Below are positions 9,761 through 19,458 of a stretch of 64,000 nt of DNA, piece after piece. The stretch covers positions 2,624,001 to 2,688,000 of the forward strand of contig CP147779.1 of assembly GCA_037308085.1 (NCBI GenBank). Direction: 5' to 3'. How positions within the stretch are numbered: position 1 is the first letter of the stretch; each line of letters starts with the position of its first letter. The notes beneath the pieces were generated by a model that saw only the letters and a program-made list of their open reading frames with translations, had not been told where the DNA came from and did no database searches. This DNA is from Promethearchaeati archaeon SRVP18_Atabeyarchaeia-1 (GTDB lineage Archaea; Asgardarchaeota; Atabeyarchaeia; Atabeyarchaeales; Atabeyarchaeaceae). The position numbers were made by a program, and so were the translations under genes.

Positions 9761-10915
9761 TCAGGGATACAATTCCAGTAGATGTTGTACCGTGTAGGTT
9801 GTGTAGAGTCCCATTGCTTTGAGCGGATTCTGAGTTTGCTTCAGGAAGTCCACTTGAATGTCCAAGTGCTTTCCCAGTTCTGCCTTCCATCTCTTCTCAT
9901 ATAGGGAAAGTGAGCTGGCCGATGTATCGTTGGATATCGCTGCTTCAGATGCTACCTCGCCTGCAGCGATTCCTGACCTCACTGCAAAGTAGATGCCTTC
10001 GCCAGTGACCGCTCCGACCATCCCTGCGCTATCACCCGCCAAGAGTACGCCGCTACCATAAGATGGCACAAAGGTTCCTGAGAATGGGACATAAGCTCCT
10101 CTCACCTTGTCAATGAGCTCGGCACCTTTCAGAAGCTTCAGCGCGATCGCATTACCCTTCACAAAATCGTTGAAGTATGTAAGTGGCTTCTTCTTCATGC
10201 TTGTCGTGGCGCTTCCCGTGCCGACTGTGAGAATTCCCCTCTTGGGGAAAATCCAGTGGTAGCCCATGAGATCACGTTCATAGAAGAGGTATAACGTATT
10301 CCCGATTCGCTCGTCTATTTCCCCGTCAGGAAGTCTGTAGTGAGCCTCCGTGCAATAGGCGCATCTGTCACGCCACTTCTGATGCTCGACTTCGAACCAC
10401 TTGTTCCAGAAGCCCGCGGTTCTGGCAACGGTGCTAGAGATCCCGTCGCATCCGATTACAACATTGCCCAATATAACGCCTTTATCTCCCGTCCTGACTC
10501 CACGGACAATCTTTTCACTGTCGAGTACGACGGAGTTGACGGAGGTTGATTGCATCAGAGTTGCCCCAGCTTCAACCGCCATGTTGGCAAGGTGGTGGTC
10601 AAACTTCGATCTCATGACCATACGCCACGCAATGTTCTCTGGCCATGGAACTGGCGCCAGTTTCCTTTCTCCAGCGACGACCTGGGCTTTTTCTATGGTT
10701 CTCTCAATGATGCTACGGGGTATGCCGAGCTTCTTGATCACCCAAGCGTTGACTCCGCCGCCGCAGAGTTTTTCTCTAGGAAGTCTCGCCATGTCAATAA
10801 GGACTGTTCTCGCGCCTCCTTTGGCAGCGCTCCACGCTGCCATGCTTCCTGCGGGTCCGGCGCCAACCACGACTACGTCAAACTTCCTCTCCGGCATGGA
10901 GACCAAGACCTTCAA
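9761..10915 (-). CDS. Geranylgeranyl reductase family FAD-dependent oxidoreductase
   Basis: VVGAGPAG, KLCGGG, GYHWIFPK, GDSAG...GEGI motifs. Confidence 0.9.
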   Translation of the reverse strand: MKVLVSMPERKFDVVVVGAGPAGSMAAWSAAKGGARTVLIDMARLPREKLCGGGVNAWVIKKLGIPRSIIERTIEKAQVVAGERKLAPVPWPENIAWRMVMRSKFDHHLANMAVEAGATLMQSTSVNSVVLDSEKIVRGVRTGDKGVILGNVVIGCDGISSTVARTAGFWNKWFEVEHQKWRDRCAYCTEAHYRLPDGEIDERIGNTLYLFYERDLMGYHWIFPKRGILTVGTGSATTSMKKKPLTYFNDFVKGNAIALKLLKGAELIDKVRGAYVPFSGTFVPSYGSGVLLAGDSAGMVGAVTGEGIYFAVRSGIAAGEVASEAAISNDTSASSLSLYEKRWKAELGKHLDIQVDFLKQTQNPLKAMGLYTTYTVQHLLELYP

Positions 10916-11592
10916 TCGGTCGGGACACTTTTCAGGTTGAGTCTCAGTAGTAGTGAGAGGGCGGCGTTGAAAGCGCCTCTCTGGGCATCAGCAGGAGTGT
11001 TTCCCACCCCCACGATCAGTATATCTCCTTCCTGAAGCTTGAACTCTGAGAGGAGTCCTTTCAGAGTCTTCTTGTCAACAACTTTGTCTGACACGGATGG
11101 AACTCTGAGTGCGCCCTCCTCAAAAATCAGCGTTGTGGCGCCGATCGCTCCTGCAAGGAGCGCCCTGTCACGTTGTTCTATTCCACTTTCTACGTGGGTA
11201 GCTGCGTTTCTTAGCTGCATCCCGTAGGCGGACTCTGCTAGCGAGATTCCAGGTGCGAGGACTTCCTTGTGGTCTACTATCTGTTCTCTAATTCTGTGAT
11301 TCCATTGCCTTCCTTTATCAGTGAGAATATGACCTTTGTTCCCTACGCGCACAACCAGCTTATTCTGCTCGAGGCGCCTCAGCAAGGTCTTTGTTGGGCC
11401 TTCCTTGAGACCAAGATCTCTCATCAGAGTAGTTCGGCTCAGTGTTCCAGTTTCTTCCCCCATGAAAACCAGTGCAGCTAGGACATCGCATCTTTCAAAG
11501 GAAGGGAGAACTGTGAGCGAAGTCATGACGGTGTCCAGCAGATTGGCTAGCGGTGACGAAGGAGCGACTGAAGCGCCTGTCAATGTGTACAC
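10912..11592 (-). CDS. Winged-HTH protein with DUF4443-like C-terminal domain (putative regulator)
   Basis: SR..LM.DLGLKEG..KTLLRRL, GHILT.KG, GIEQRD.AL..GA.GATTL pattern of the archaeal DUF4443 family. Confidence 0.75.
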   Translation of the reverse strand: MYTLTGASVAPSSPLANLLDTVMTSLTVLPSFERCDVLAALVFMGEETGTLSRTTLMRDLGLKEGPTKTLLRRLEQNKLVVRVGNKGHILTDKGRQWNHRIREQIVDHKEVLAPGISLAESAYGMQLRNAATHVESGIEQRDRALLAGAIGATTLIFEEGALRVPSVSDKVVDKKTLKGLLSEFKLQEGDILIVGVGNTPADAQRGAFNAALSLLLRLNLKSVPTD

Positions 11593-11703
11593 CTTGACGA
11601 GAGATAATCGATCCTCCTTATTTATTATGCTGCCTTGCAGGACTGGAGCAGTAACCCTCGTCTCATTGAGTTGACGCTTGAATTCGATACCTTTTCGCGT
11701 TCA

Positions 11704-11719
11704 GAAAGGTTTTTATATA
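11704..11719 (+). promoter_or_regulatory. Archaeal BRE/TATA promoter of the ECF operon
   Basis: GAAAGG-TTTTTATATA about 40 nt upstream of ATG 11761. Confidence 0.6.
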
Positions 11720-11760
11720 GGGTTGGATAAGTTATCCGACGCTTACCAAATTGGCCGAGT

Positions 11761-12402
11761 ATGCCTAAAACAGCGAAGAGAATCTGGGCGACGAGCTGGT
11801 TGAAAAGAACATCTGTGGGCAACGGGAACAAGACAAATGGAGCAAAGCCTAGACCCGCGCTGCCTGAGAGCGTCAGAGTGCCTATGGCAGCGATGCTGTC
11901 AGCAGCAGCGATATCTATCTCTTATGCAAGGTTCTGGGCTTCGAATATTGAGTTCACCAGCCTTATGATCTTTTTGTCGGGTTTTGCATTGGGATCAGCA
12001 ACCGGTGCCGTTGTGGGTCTCACCACCGAATCGGTTTTCAGCGCTCTCAATCCATATGGGGCTGCACCGCTTCCGATCTTTCTGGCGCAGATTGGCTGCA
12101 TGACGTTCATCGGAGCTATGGGAGGGCTGTACTCCAAGCTGGCTGGTCAGAGTGATACGAAGTTGAATTCGTCGCTGAAAATGGCGACCGCGGGGCTCTA
12201 TCTGACCGTCCTCTTTGATCTCTTAACTAATCTGGGCTTTGCTATTTCATTCTACGGTGGTGACTATGAACTTGCCCTGATTCTTGGTTCGCCGTTCATG
12301 GTTATACACGTAGTCAGCAACACACTTGTCTTTGGAGTGGTTGGTCCGAAGCTTTCCTACTACATGATGAAGCTAATCGAAAAAGGAGTAGTGTATAGGT
12401 AG
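11761..12402 (+). CDS. ECF transporter S component (CbrT-like, possibly cobalamin)
   Basis: SNIEFTS, multiple TM helices, FDLLTN, HVVSN; adjacent to DUF4430. Confidence 0.75.
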   Translation: MPKTAKRIWATSWLKRTSVGNGNKTNGAKPRPALPESVRVPMAAMLSAAAISISYARFWASNIEFTSLMIFLSGFALGSATGAVVGLTTESVFSALNPYGAAPLPIFLAQIGCMTFIGAMGGLYSKLAGQSDTKLNSSLKMATAGLYLTVLFDLLTNLGFAISFYGGDYELALILGSPFMVIHVVSNTLVFGVVGPKLSYYMMKLIEKGVVYR

Positions 12403-12852
12403 ATGAACCAGAAAACCAGAGCTACCTTCTTCTTCCTCGTTATCTTAGTTCCTTTAGTCGGCGTAGGGGCTACATATTCATATTACTCATACCTGGTCGG
12501 TGGAGGGGGTGGCTCCAGCATATTCGGTACTCCTGGACCTTGCTTCAACGTGACTATCATCATTGATTATGGGAAAAACTATGGCCGTGGAGTCAACCAG
12601 ACTTATCCTGGTCTCAACTTTCCAGAAGGAGCAACGGTCTTTGACGCGCTGCTTAACGTTTCATCTGTCGGTTACCAGTATACTGGATCCCTAGTTCTTG
12701 TCACGGCGATAAATGGTGTTTCCAACAATGTGGGCGCCAATCTCTTCTGGCAGTACTATGTCGACGGAGCTTTCGGCCTAGTCGCTTCTAATTCATATCA
12801 CTTGGGAAATGACAGTGTGGTAGAGTGGCGTTATCAACCGTCGCAGTTCTAG
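12403..12852 (+). CDS. DUF4430 (transcobalamin C-terminal-like) membrane-anchored protein
   Basis: N-terminal TM, TVFDALL, VTAINGV, FWQYYVDG, D.VEWRY. Confidence 0.85.
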   Translation: MNQKTRATFFFLVILVPLVGVGATYSYYSYLVGGGGGSSIFGTPGPCFNVTIIIDYGKNYGRGVNQTYPGLNFPEGATVFDALLNVSSVGYQYTGSLVLVTAINGVSNNVGANLFWQYYVDGAFGLVASNSYHLGNDSVVEWRYQPSQF

Positions 12853-12890
12853 GTAAGCAAGAAGTTGTTGCAGTGGAGGTGATAACTCCA

Positions 12891-13619
12891 ATGAAAACTG
12901 GTACAAAGAGAGCCATTTTCTCAGTCGGGCTGCTAATAGTGTTGATAGCTGCTTCGTTTGCCCTGGCGTCGATCGAAGCGACGAGGCAATCGCCTTCGCC
13001 GATCAAGCGGGGTCAGACCATGCAGTGGCTAGTGACCTCCTCGAGCAATGTAACAACCATGTGGTACTCCGAGACATTCTCTCCCCGCGGCAATTTCACC
13101 GCCCCTCTGGGGTCGACGATCAATTTGACGATCACAAGTACAAGCGGCGGTAGGTTCAGGGGCGACCTTTCAGTCGGGCACCTCGCCTTGAATAACACCT
13201 CGATGCCTGAGATATCGTTCAATCTGCTCTTGGGTTGGTATCCTTTCCAGCCTGGGCTTATCTGTCCAACAAACTGGAACGTGCAGAAGCAGAATGCGAC
13301 CGGCAACGGGCTTACAGTGAGAGAGTCGAAAATAGGTGGTCTTAATGCAATAACCTTCACGCACTTGCTGGGAAACAATGGCACGATTCTGGTCTATGAC
13401 GAGGCGACAGGATTGCTTCTGAGTGGATATGGCGCTTTTGGCAGGTTCCTGATCGAGGTTACCTTGGTAAATACAAGCGCGGATCTAGGCTTAGTTCAAA
13501 GCAATTACAGTCTGCTACTCTTCATCAGCTCAGTCATAGTGATCGTGGCGGTCGCGTCAGCAGCCATAGGCGTTGTCGTTTTGAGGGAAAGATCCAAGGA
13601 ACGGAAGCCCAGGAAGTAG
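12891..13619 (+). CDS. Hypothetical surface glycoprotein with signal peptide and C-terminal TM anchor
   Basis: GGAGGTGA RBS before ATG 12891; N-terminal hydrophobic segment, many N-x-S/T sequons, C-terminal TM plus basic tail. Confidence 0.8.
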   Translation: MKTGTKRAIFSVGLLIVLIAASFALASIEATRQSPSPIKRGQTMQWLVTSSSNVTTMWYSETFSPRGNFTAPLGSTINLTITSTSGGRFRGDLSVGHLALNNTSMPEISFNLLLGWYPFQPGLICPTNWNVQKQNATGNGLTVRESKIGGLNAITFTHLLGNNGTILVYDEATGLLLSGYGAFGRFLIEVTLVNTSADLGLVQSNYSLLLFISSVIVIVAVASAAIGVVVLRERSKERKPRK

Positions 13620-13664
13620 AGCAAAGGATGCTCTCCTTCGACCTTTTTTTCCAGTCTCGTTTTT

Positions 13665-13677
13665 GAAAGCTTATAAG
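13665..13677 (+). promoter_or_regulatory. BRE/TATA promoter, preceded by an oligo-T terminator at 13644-13650
   Basis: GAAAGC-TTATAAG upstream of the CMD gene. Confidence 0.5.
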
Positions 13678-13770
13678 GTTCCAGTCCTCAAGTGTGCTCA
13701 CCAAAACAATCGCGTAGAATGCTTTGCTCGTGATGTATGACTAACTGTTGTGGAGTGTGAGTTCAGAAAA

Positions 13771-14175
13771 ATGGAGGATGAAGCGCTTAAGGAACGTATA
13801 GCTTCGCTCTATGGTGAGGATGTCGTTGAGGATGTTGCCGAGAACATGATGAAACGAGTCGAGCAAGAGTACGGAGAGATACCTTTCATCGTCAACTTCC
13901 TGAGGCGAAAACCCGAGCTTCTGGTTTCGCGAGCCATCAAGAATATGCAGGCCAAGAAGTACATGAAGACCATCCCGCAGAAAGTAGCAGAGTTGATGTC
14001 AGTCTCTGCCGCAGTTGCCTTGGGTTGCGAATATTGCACAGACCTGCACATAAGGGCGGCACTGCGTTCCGGCGCCAGTGAAGATGAGGTCTTCAGCGCA
14101 ATAGTTATTGCAAGCCAGATCGCTGAGTCATCAAGGCTAGCGTTGGGTTTGAGAAAACTCGAAAGAAACAGATGA
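13771..14175 (+). CDS. Carboxymuconolactone decarboxylase/AhpD family protein
   Basis: ELMSVSAAVALGCEYC..LH..AAL..GAS.DEV. Confidence 0.85.
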   Translation: MEDEALKERIASLYGEDVVEDVAENMMKRVEQEYGEIPFIVNFLRRKPELLVSRAIKNMQAKKYMKTIPQKVAELMSVSAAVALGCEYCTDLHIRAALRSGASEDEVFSAIVIASQIAESSRLALGLRKLERNR

Positions 14176-14215
14176 AAACAGAGAATAGAATGCGCATACG
14201 TTTGACACTCGGCTA

Positions 14216-15118
14216 CTATCTTTCCGCGTAGAGTCTGAGGGTATCCATGAAATCTACCATGAATTTTGGCTCATCTATGGATCGGCAGACTCGCATGTTG
14301 GCTCTTGGTGTTGCGAAGCGCCTCCTTTCGGCAACAGTCATTCCTTTTGTTATCTCTCCTTTGGTCTCGACGTCGACGTACATCTGCTCCATCTTGGCAA
14401 GAGTGTTGTCGATGGCTATTGCGACTGTTAGTGGATCATGGAGGTTTCCTCCTCCCAGTTTCAGGATCTGCTCCTGGAATTTCAGCCAGGGCTCGATCCA
14501 CCTGCAGATGTAGTCTAGCGCCTTTCCCCCTGCCAGCTTGAGCGTATCCAGGTGTCTGGATCTGATGAGGGTTTTTGTGGTGACGTCCAAGGGAACGAGA
14601 GTCATGGGCATCTTCGAGTTGAAGACTATCTTGGCTGCAATTGGGTCTGAGTATATGTTGAACTCTGAAGCGGGGGTGACATTACCCGGCTCCTCTATTG
14701 CCCCGCCCATGACATAAGCTTCCTCGACTTGGCTCGGAAAGTCTGGCTCCAGTAGTATTGCCGTGGCTATGTTTGTTAGAGGACCGATGCAGACCAACGT
14801 GGTCTGCCCTGGGTGCTCTTCTACTGATTCGATTATCAGTTTTCCTGCAACCTCGGCGCTAGGCTCCGTCTGCTGCATACCCTTTAGAGGTTTTAGTGCG
14901 CCTTTCTCGACTCGAGTGCCCTCCACGCCAAGAGCTTCCAGTAGGCTTGCTGCGTTCTTGTAAGCCTGATTTCCAACGACATTTCCGAAGACTGTAGTGA
15001 TCAGTTCGACGTGCGATTCCTTTGACTTACCGAAAGCATAGGTCAAGGCCAATCCATCATCGATCCCCGCGTTGGGTGTACCCAAGCCTATGTCGGTGTC
15101 TATTATCATCTTTCTCAA
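14216..15118 (-). CDS. Nucleoside hydrolase (IUNH family)
   Basis: IIDTD.G..DD, GPLTNIA, MGGA, EFNIYSDP, LHDPL. Confidence 0.95.
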   Translation of the reverse strand: MRKMIIDTDIGLGTPNAGIDDGLALTYAFGKSKESHVELITTVFGNVVGNQAYKNAASLLEALGVEGTRVEKGALKPLKGMQQTEPSAEVAGKLIIESVEEHPGQTTLVCIGPLTNIATAILLEPDFPSQVEEAYVMGGAIEEPGNVTPASEFNIYSDPIAAKIVFNSKMPMTLVPLDVTTKTLIRSRHLDTLKLAGGKALDYICRWIEPWLKFQEQILKLGGGNLHDPLTVAIAIDNTLAKMEQMYVDVETKGEITKGMTVAERRRFATPRANMRVCRSIDEPKFMVDFMDTLRLYAER

Positions 15119-15250
15119 AGGGTTTGACGCCACCTTTTTACAATTCTTCAATTCCGGTCTCGGCTATAAGCGCTTTTCCTGTTCTGGTAGAATCGAAGCT
15201 GAATTTCGATCCGAGGTGGACAAAGAATAGAGGATCTGGTTCTGCTTCAC

Positions 15251-16651
15251 CTAGTACTTTGCCTTGAGCTCTTTCACTCCCACAACTGCCACCAAGACTG
15301 CCCCGATGGTAATCGCAGCGTTGAGCAAAAAGAGGAGTTGCATTGCCAGGAATTCCCCTAATCCAATGCTGAGTTGCAGAAAGTCCAGCAACAAGCCAGC
15401 CATCAATGGGCCCAAGGCGAGTCCTGTGTCATTAAACGTTCCCAGTAGACCGAAGGTTCTTCCACGCTTATCAGGTGGAGTTAAATCAGCGACCATGGCC
15501 ATCACAGATGGACCTACTATACCGGACGCGAAGGAGAAAACAAACACTATCACTGCCAAATACAACAAGGATGTCGCAAAAATCATCAATATCCAATAGA
15601 CGGAGGCTGCAGCTGTCACGTATATGATTATCTTTCTTCTGTTGTATTTGTCAGCAAAGCTTCCACCGATGAGAGTTGACACGGCACTCAACACAGCAGT
15701 CACGCCCCAGATTATCGACAGATCGACGAGAGTCCCCCCAAGAATATCCCATATGAGAAGCGACAGGATGAACTCCATCATGGCGAATGCGGCATTAAGA
15801 AGTAGATTCATAACCCCGATTGAAAGTACTATCCTTCTTGCTCCTGGCCTGAAGGAGTGCTGTTGTCTGCTGGGAGAGTCTGCTTTTTCGGTTGCCGTCT
15901 GAGAGCGATCTTTCTTATCCTCCGATTGCTGTGGACTTTGTGGACTATTTTCTCCTGTGTGGATTTTTCGTCTAGGCTCTTTGAGAAATAGAAGGCTCAG
16001 GATAGCCCCCAGGAAGGCGAATAGAGCAGTGAAGTAGAATATCTCCATGAACCCCCACAGGTAAGCAACTATGGGACCCAGAGCCAAGCCTAGGACGTTA
16101 CCGACTTGATAGGTCGAGTAAACCGCGCCCATAGCCCTTCCCCTTTCTTCCGCTGGAACCGTGTCTGCAACTAATGCATCCGATGCGGGCCAGAGCGAGG
16201 ATGATGACACTCCTTGCGCCACTCGATACCCAACGAATTCGACTCCAGTTGTGGCTGTGGAGTAGAGATACCCAATCGCTGAGTATGCGAATAGGGCGGG
16301 CACGATTACTTTCTTTCTGCCGATCCTGTCAGACAATCTGCCCATTAGTGGTTGAAGTATCGCCCTCATTAGCGCGAAAGTTGTGGTGAACAAACCTAGT
16401 AGTAGCCAAGTCGCCTTGATATAGTCCTTCAGATATATAGACATCACAGGGCTAAACATGCTGTAGCCGAGCATTCCTACAAGGTTTGCTACTGCAAGGA
16501 CTATGACATTACGGTAGTGTCCTAAAGTCTTTAGCGCGCTCGCCATTTTCTCTAGTCCGTCCTCTTCTCTGGCTTCTTTGCTCGGTAATGCTTGTTCTTG
16601 GTTAGGTGCGGGTAGCTCAACTGCTTTTGTTTTCCTCTTTGAAGGTTTCAT
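15251..16651 (-). CDS. MFS transporter
   Basis: GRLSDRIGRK motif A, two TM bundles, RGRAMG. Confidence 0.9.
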   Translation of the reverse strand: MKPSKRKTKAVELPAPNQEQALPSKEAREEDGLEKMASALKTLGHYRNVIVLAVANLVGMLGYSMFSPVMSIYLKDYIKATWLLLGLFTTTFALMRAILQPLMGRLSDRIGRKKVIVPALFAYSAIGYLYSTATTGVEFVGYRVAQGVSSSSLWPASDALVADTVPAEERGRAMGAVYSTYQVGNVLGLALGPIVAYLWGFMEIFYFTALFAFLGAILSLLFLKEPRRKIHTGENSPQSPQQSEDKKDRSQTATEKADSPSRQQHSFRPGARRIVLSIGVMNLLLNAAFAMMEFILSLLIWDILGGTLVDLSIIWGVTAVLSAVSTLIGGSFADKYNRRKIIIYVTAAASVYWILMIFATSLLYLAVIVFVFSFASGIVGPSVMAMVADLTPPDKRGRTFGLLGTFNDTGLALGPLMAGLLLDFLQLSIGLGEFLAMQLLFLLNAAITIGAVLVAVVGVKELKAKY

Positions 16652-18647
16652 CCATCTTTGAGAAGAACTCTGAAACCTCTTCCAACTCTCGTTTCTCTAA
16701 GACAGCCCTGCTCAGGTCATCTACCGTCTCATCCAACTGTTGAATCAACCGCAGTGCCAACTGTCTGTCTCTTGTCTTTATAACCTCGCCCGTTCTGCTT
16801 CTTAGATAGACTACGCCGTTTGCAAAGGCTTTGAATTTGAATGATCCGCTTCTTACCACAGCTTTGATCTTAGGTTTCACAAGTAGCCAGAGTCTCGGTG
16901 TGCGGATCTCTTTCAGCTTACGCGTCACTCGCACAGCGGAACCATCTTCCCTGAAGCTGATTTGGTCGCCGTCGACGTGGAGACTCATGGTTCCCTTGTG
17001 GAAGATGATCTCGTCTTTCAGAGTCGCGATGTCGATGTCGCTCCCACTCCGGTCCCAAATCGTGATAAGGATCTTGTTGGGCTTTGCGATCGCTTCTGGA
17101 ACACTTTCATCAACAGCTAGAAATGGGCCGAACTTCACGACCGACTTGCCGCCGCTATCCCATACTTTGAGGGGCCCTACCCTGACATAGTCTCCATCCC
17201 TGTCGCTCCTAACGTCTATGAATGGAAGGTGCACCTTTTCGTATCCTGGTCCTTCCTCGATATTTATCCCGGGTATGTGCACGCGGCCATATTTCATTGA
17301 ATCCCGTTCTCCTAGGGTTTGCACTCGCTCACCGAAGAATCTGAACTGGTTTAGCTTGCCTTCAGCCAACTTTCTGATGTCCTCCAGGTTGTCGAACCCA
17401 GCTCTCTTTATTTCCTCGGGATAGGCCTGGAGAAGCTTCTGCTCTGACTTGATTGCTTCCCATGTTTTCGGATTTGTGAATACTACCATATCTCCATCGA
17501 ATCGATCCGAAAACTGCTTCACGTTTGCGTTGAGCGAATATTCACCCGAACCGACATAGACTGCTCCAACCTCTTCGCCTGCCAAGGTCAGGGGGACAAC
17601 AATCGTGTCAGGTCTGCTCTCAACTGATACTCTTTCGGTCTTCACGAGCTGCCCGCCTAGAGGCAGAACATATGCCGCGTCGGATAGCCTGAGCCCTTTC
17701 AGCTCTTCACTCAGCCTTCTAGCGGATTCCCGGATCGGCTTCGAGAATCTCTCCCACCACCATTTCGCCTTGACCTCGTTCTCCTTAGCCTTCAGCTCCG
17801 CCGACTTCGTCGTCGAAACTACTACACTCACAACGAGCCACCCGACGAATAGTAGGAAGAGCATGCGCTCAATATCAGGCAGGCTGAAGTAGGGAAGGAA
17901 GCCAACCCAGCGGAACGCGATCGTGACGATGACAGAGCCAAGGCACCCCATAGCAACCGAATACGAAGCTCGCTCAAGGGCAACGCGGTGTAGAGGAAAG
18001 GACGCGCTCTTCGTGACACTTCCAAGTATGTACACAGCGAATCCAGCTAGTAGTAGGTAATCAGGGAAGAAGGAAACCGGCAAACCGATGAATGCTAGTC
18101 GCCCTTTCGAGCCGAAGAGCCAGAAGAGCACTAGTATGAATGCTATGCCGTGAAGAAACCCTCCGACTCTATCTGACACGCGCTCCCACTTGTCTGAGAT
18201 GCTTCCCCCTGCTGTAATAGAGGCAATGAATAGGAAGACAAACGCCGTGCCGAGGTAACTCAAGTATAGATCCCAAGGAGCACCGTTTGGCGCGAATACC
18301 CAGACTAGCAGTATGAATTCAAAGGAAGTTGTGGCGGTTCTGCTGAGAATTGATGTGATAACTTTCGCACCAACTATGCTGCCTGCATATCCAAATACGA
18401 CGCATAGAATGAAGAAGATCTGGATATAGTCTGCAAGGAAACCGAAAGGCCACTTCCAGACGCTGAACAGCCATAGAAGCACAAAGACTAGGCATAACGC
18501 GTCTAGGGCCTTCTCAATTCGCCTTTTTAGATCATCTGCTAGCTCGTTTTCCTTCCAGATGCTTCCTTTCTCTGAGAATGGCTCGCGAGATCCTGTTTCT
18601 GCACCAGGATAACCCTTGTCAAATCCGGCCATGATGACGTTCACCAC
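16617..18647 (-). CDS. Hypothetical membrane protein (about 8 N-terminal TMs, large beta-rich soluble C-terminal part)
   Basis: 676-aa ORF overlapping both neighbours; hydrophobic N-half. Confidence 0.8.
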   Translation of the reverse strand: MVNVIMAGFDKGYPGAETGSREPFSEKGSIWKENELADDLKRRIEKALDALCLVFVLLWLFSVWKWPFGFLADYIQIFFILCVVFGYAGSIVGAKVITSILSRTATTSFEFILLVWVFAPNGAPWDLYLSYLGTAFVFLFIASITAGGSISDKWERVSDRVGGFLHGIAFILVLFWLFGSKGRLAFIGLPVSFFPDYLLLAGFAVYILGSVTKSASFPLHRVALERASYSVAMGCLGSVIVTIAFRWVGFLPYFSLPDIERMLFLLFVGWLVVSVVVSTTKSAELKAKENEVKAKWWWERFSKPIRESARRLSEELKGLRLSDAAYVLPLGGQLVKTERVSVESRPDTIVVPLTLAGEEVGAVYVGSGEYSLNANVKQFSDRFDGDMVVFTNPKTWEAIKSEQKLLQAYPEEIKRAGFDNLEDIRKLAEGKLNQFRFFGERVQTLGERDSMKYGRVHIPGINIEEGPGYEKVHLPFIDVRSDRDGDYVRVGPLKVWDSGGKSVVKFGPFLAVDESVPEAIAKPNKILITIWDRSGSDIDIATLKDEIIFHKGTMSLHVDGDQISFREDGSAVRVTRKLKEIRTPRLWLLVKPKIKAVVRSGSFKFKAFANGVVYLRSRTGEVIKTRDRQLALRLIQQLDETVDDLSRAVLEKRELEEVSEFFSKMDETFKEENKSS

Positions 18648-19165
18648 TCCTTCTCTGAGACCTTCCTAAGAAGATAGCCTAATAGGCTGAGGGTAACACG
18701 GCCCTTCAGTGTAGAAACGTACCTTCCCCTCAGTTGCTCCTGTTCTATCAGCCCAGCTTCCCTCAATTGAGTAAGATGAAAGTTAAGAGGGCTTGGACCC
18801 AATTCAGTAAGTTCCTGGAGTCGAGAAAAATACTTGCCTTCAAGGAAAAGTGACTTCATGATCTTGATCCTGTCAGCACTTGCCAGCACTTTCATGATCT
18901 TCTCTGCGCCCTCAGGCTCTATCACTTCAACAAGCCTTGACATTTCGAAGGTCTTCGCCCCGATCTCTATGAGCCTCTCGCCAACAATTCCTTTTACCTG
19001 ATCCATCAGCATCTGCTCAATGCTTGGAGGAGCTGGAGCGGGCTTGGGAGGAGCCGTTCCCTCCTCTGCTGGCGCGACTTGTTCAGCTTGAGGTTGCTCC
19101 AGCTTGTTTCTCAGGTCAGCAACCTCTTTACTCAGAGCTTCGAAGCGTTTCTTGAGTTCCTCCAA
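18641..19165 (-). CDS. ArsR-family winged-helix transcriptional regulator
   Basis: KVLASADRIKIM..L, LNFHL..L.EAGLI...RGRY; GAGGAGGT RBS before TTG. Confidence 0.9.
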   Translation of the reverse strand: MEELKKRFEALSKEVADLRNKLEQPQAEQVAPAEEGTAPPKPAPAPPSIEQMLMDQVKGIVGERLIEIGAKTFEMSRLVEVIEPEGAEKIMKVLASADRIKIMKSLFLEGKYFSRLQELTELGPSPLNFHLTQLREAGLIEQEQLRGRYVSTLKGRVTLSLLGYLLRKVSEKEW

Positions 19166-19226
19166 AAGTCAAACCTCCTCTTTTCCGGCTGCGGGGTCTC
19201 CTTGAGCACGTTTGGATACTGCCTCA

Positions 19227-19343
19227 TCATCTCGGTGTCAGGTTCAAGCTGCTCCAGCAGATCCATCGATCTGCATTAGCAAACCTCGGGTAATTCTCAT
19301 TAAAGTCGTCTGTTTCCTCCAGTTTTGATACCTTAGAGGTCAT
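19227..19343 (-). CDS. Putative 38-aa leader ORF (MTSKVSKLEETDDFNENYPRFANADRWICWSSLNLTPR)
   Basis: GGAGGT RBS then ATG, first ORF after the promoter; too short for the ORF track. Confidence 0.4.
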   Translation of the reverse strand: MTSKVSKLEETDDFNENYPRFANADRWICWSSLNLTPR

Positions 19344-19381
19344 TTTTGTTCTACCTCCATTATCATACTACCCAGCTTCAT

Positions 19382-19432
19382 TTTAGTGAACTACATTATA
19401 GTGTAGTGGAACTACATTCTTATAAAGCTTTC
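19382..19432 (-). promoter_or_regulatory. BRE/TATA promoter with tandem palindromic operator
   Basis: Minus strand GAAAGC-TTTATAAG followed by TGTAGT-TCC-ACTACA (19402-19416) and a second imperfect copy TGTAGT-TC-ACTAAA (19382-19395). Confidence 0.7.
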
Positions 19433-19458
19433 GACCATCAAAATGGAGCTATTTTTGA

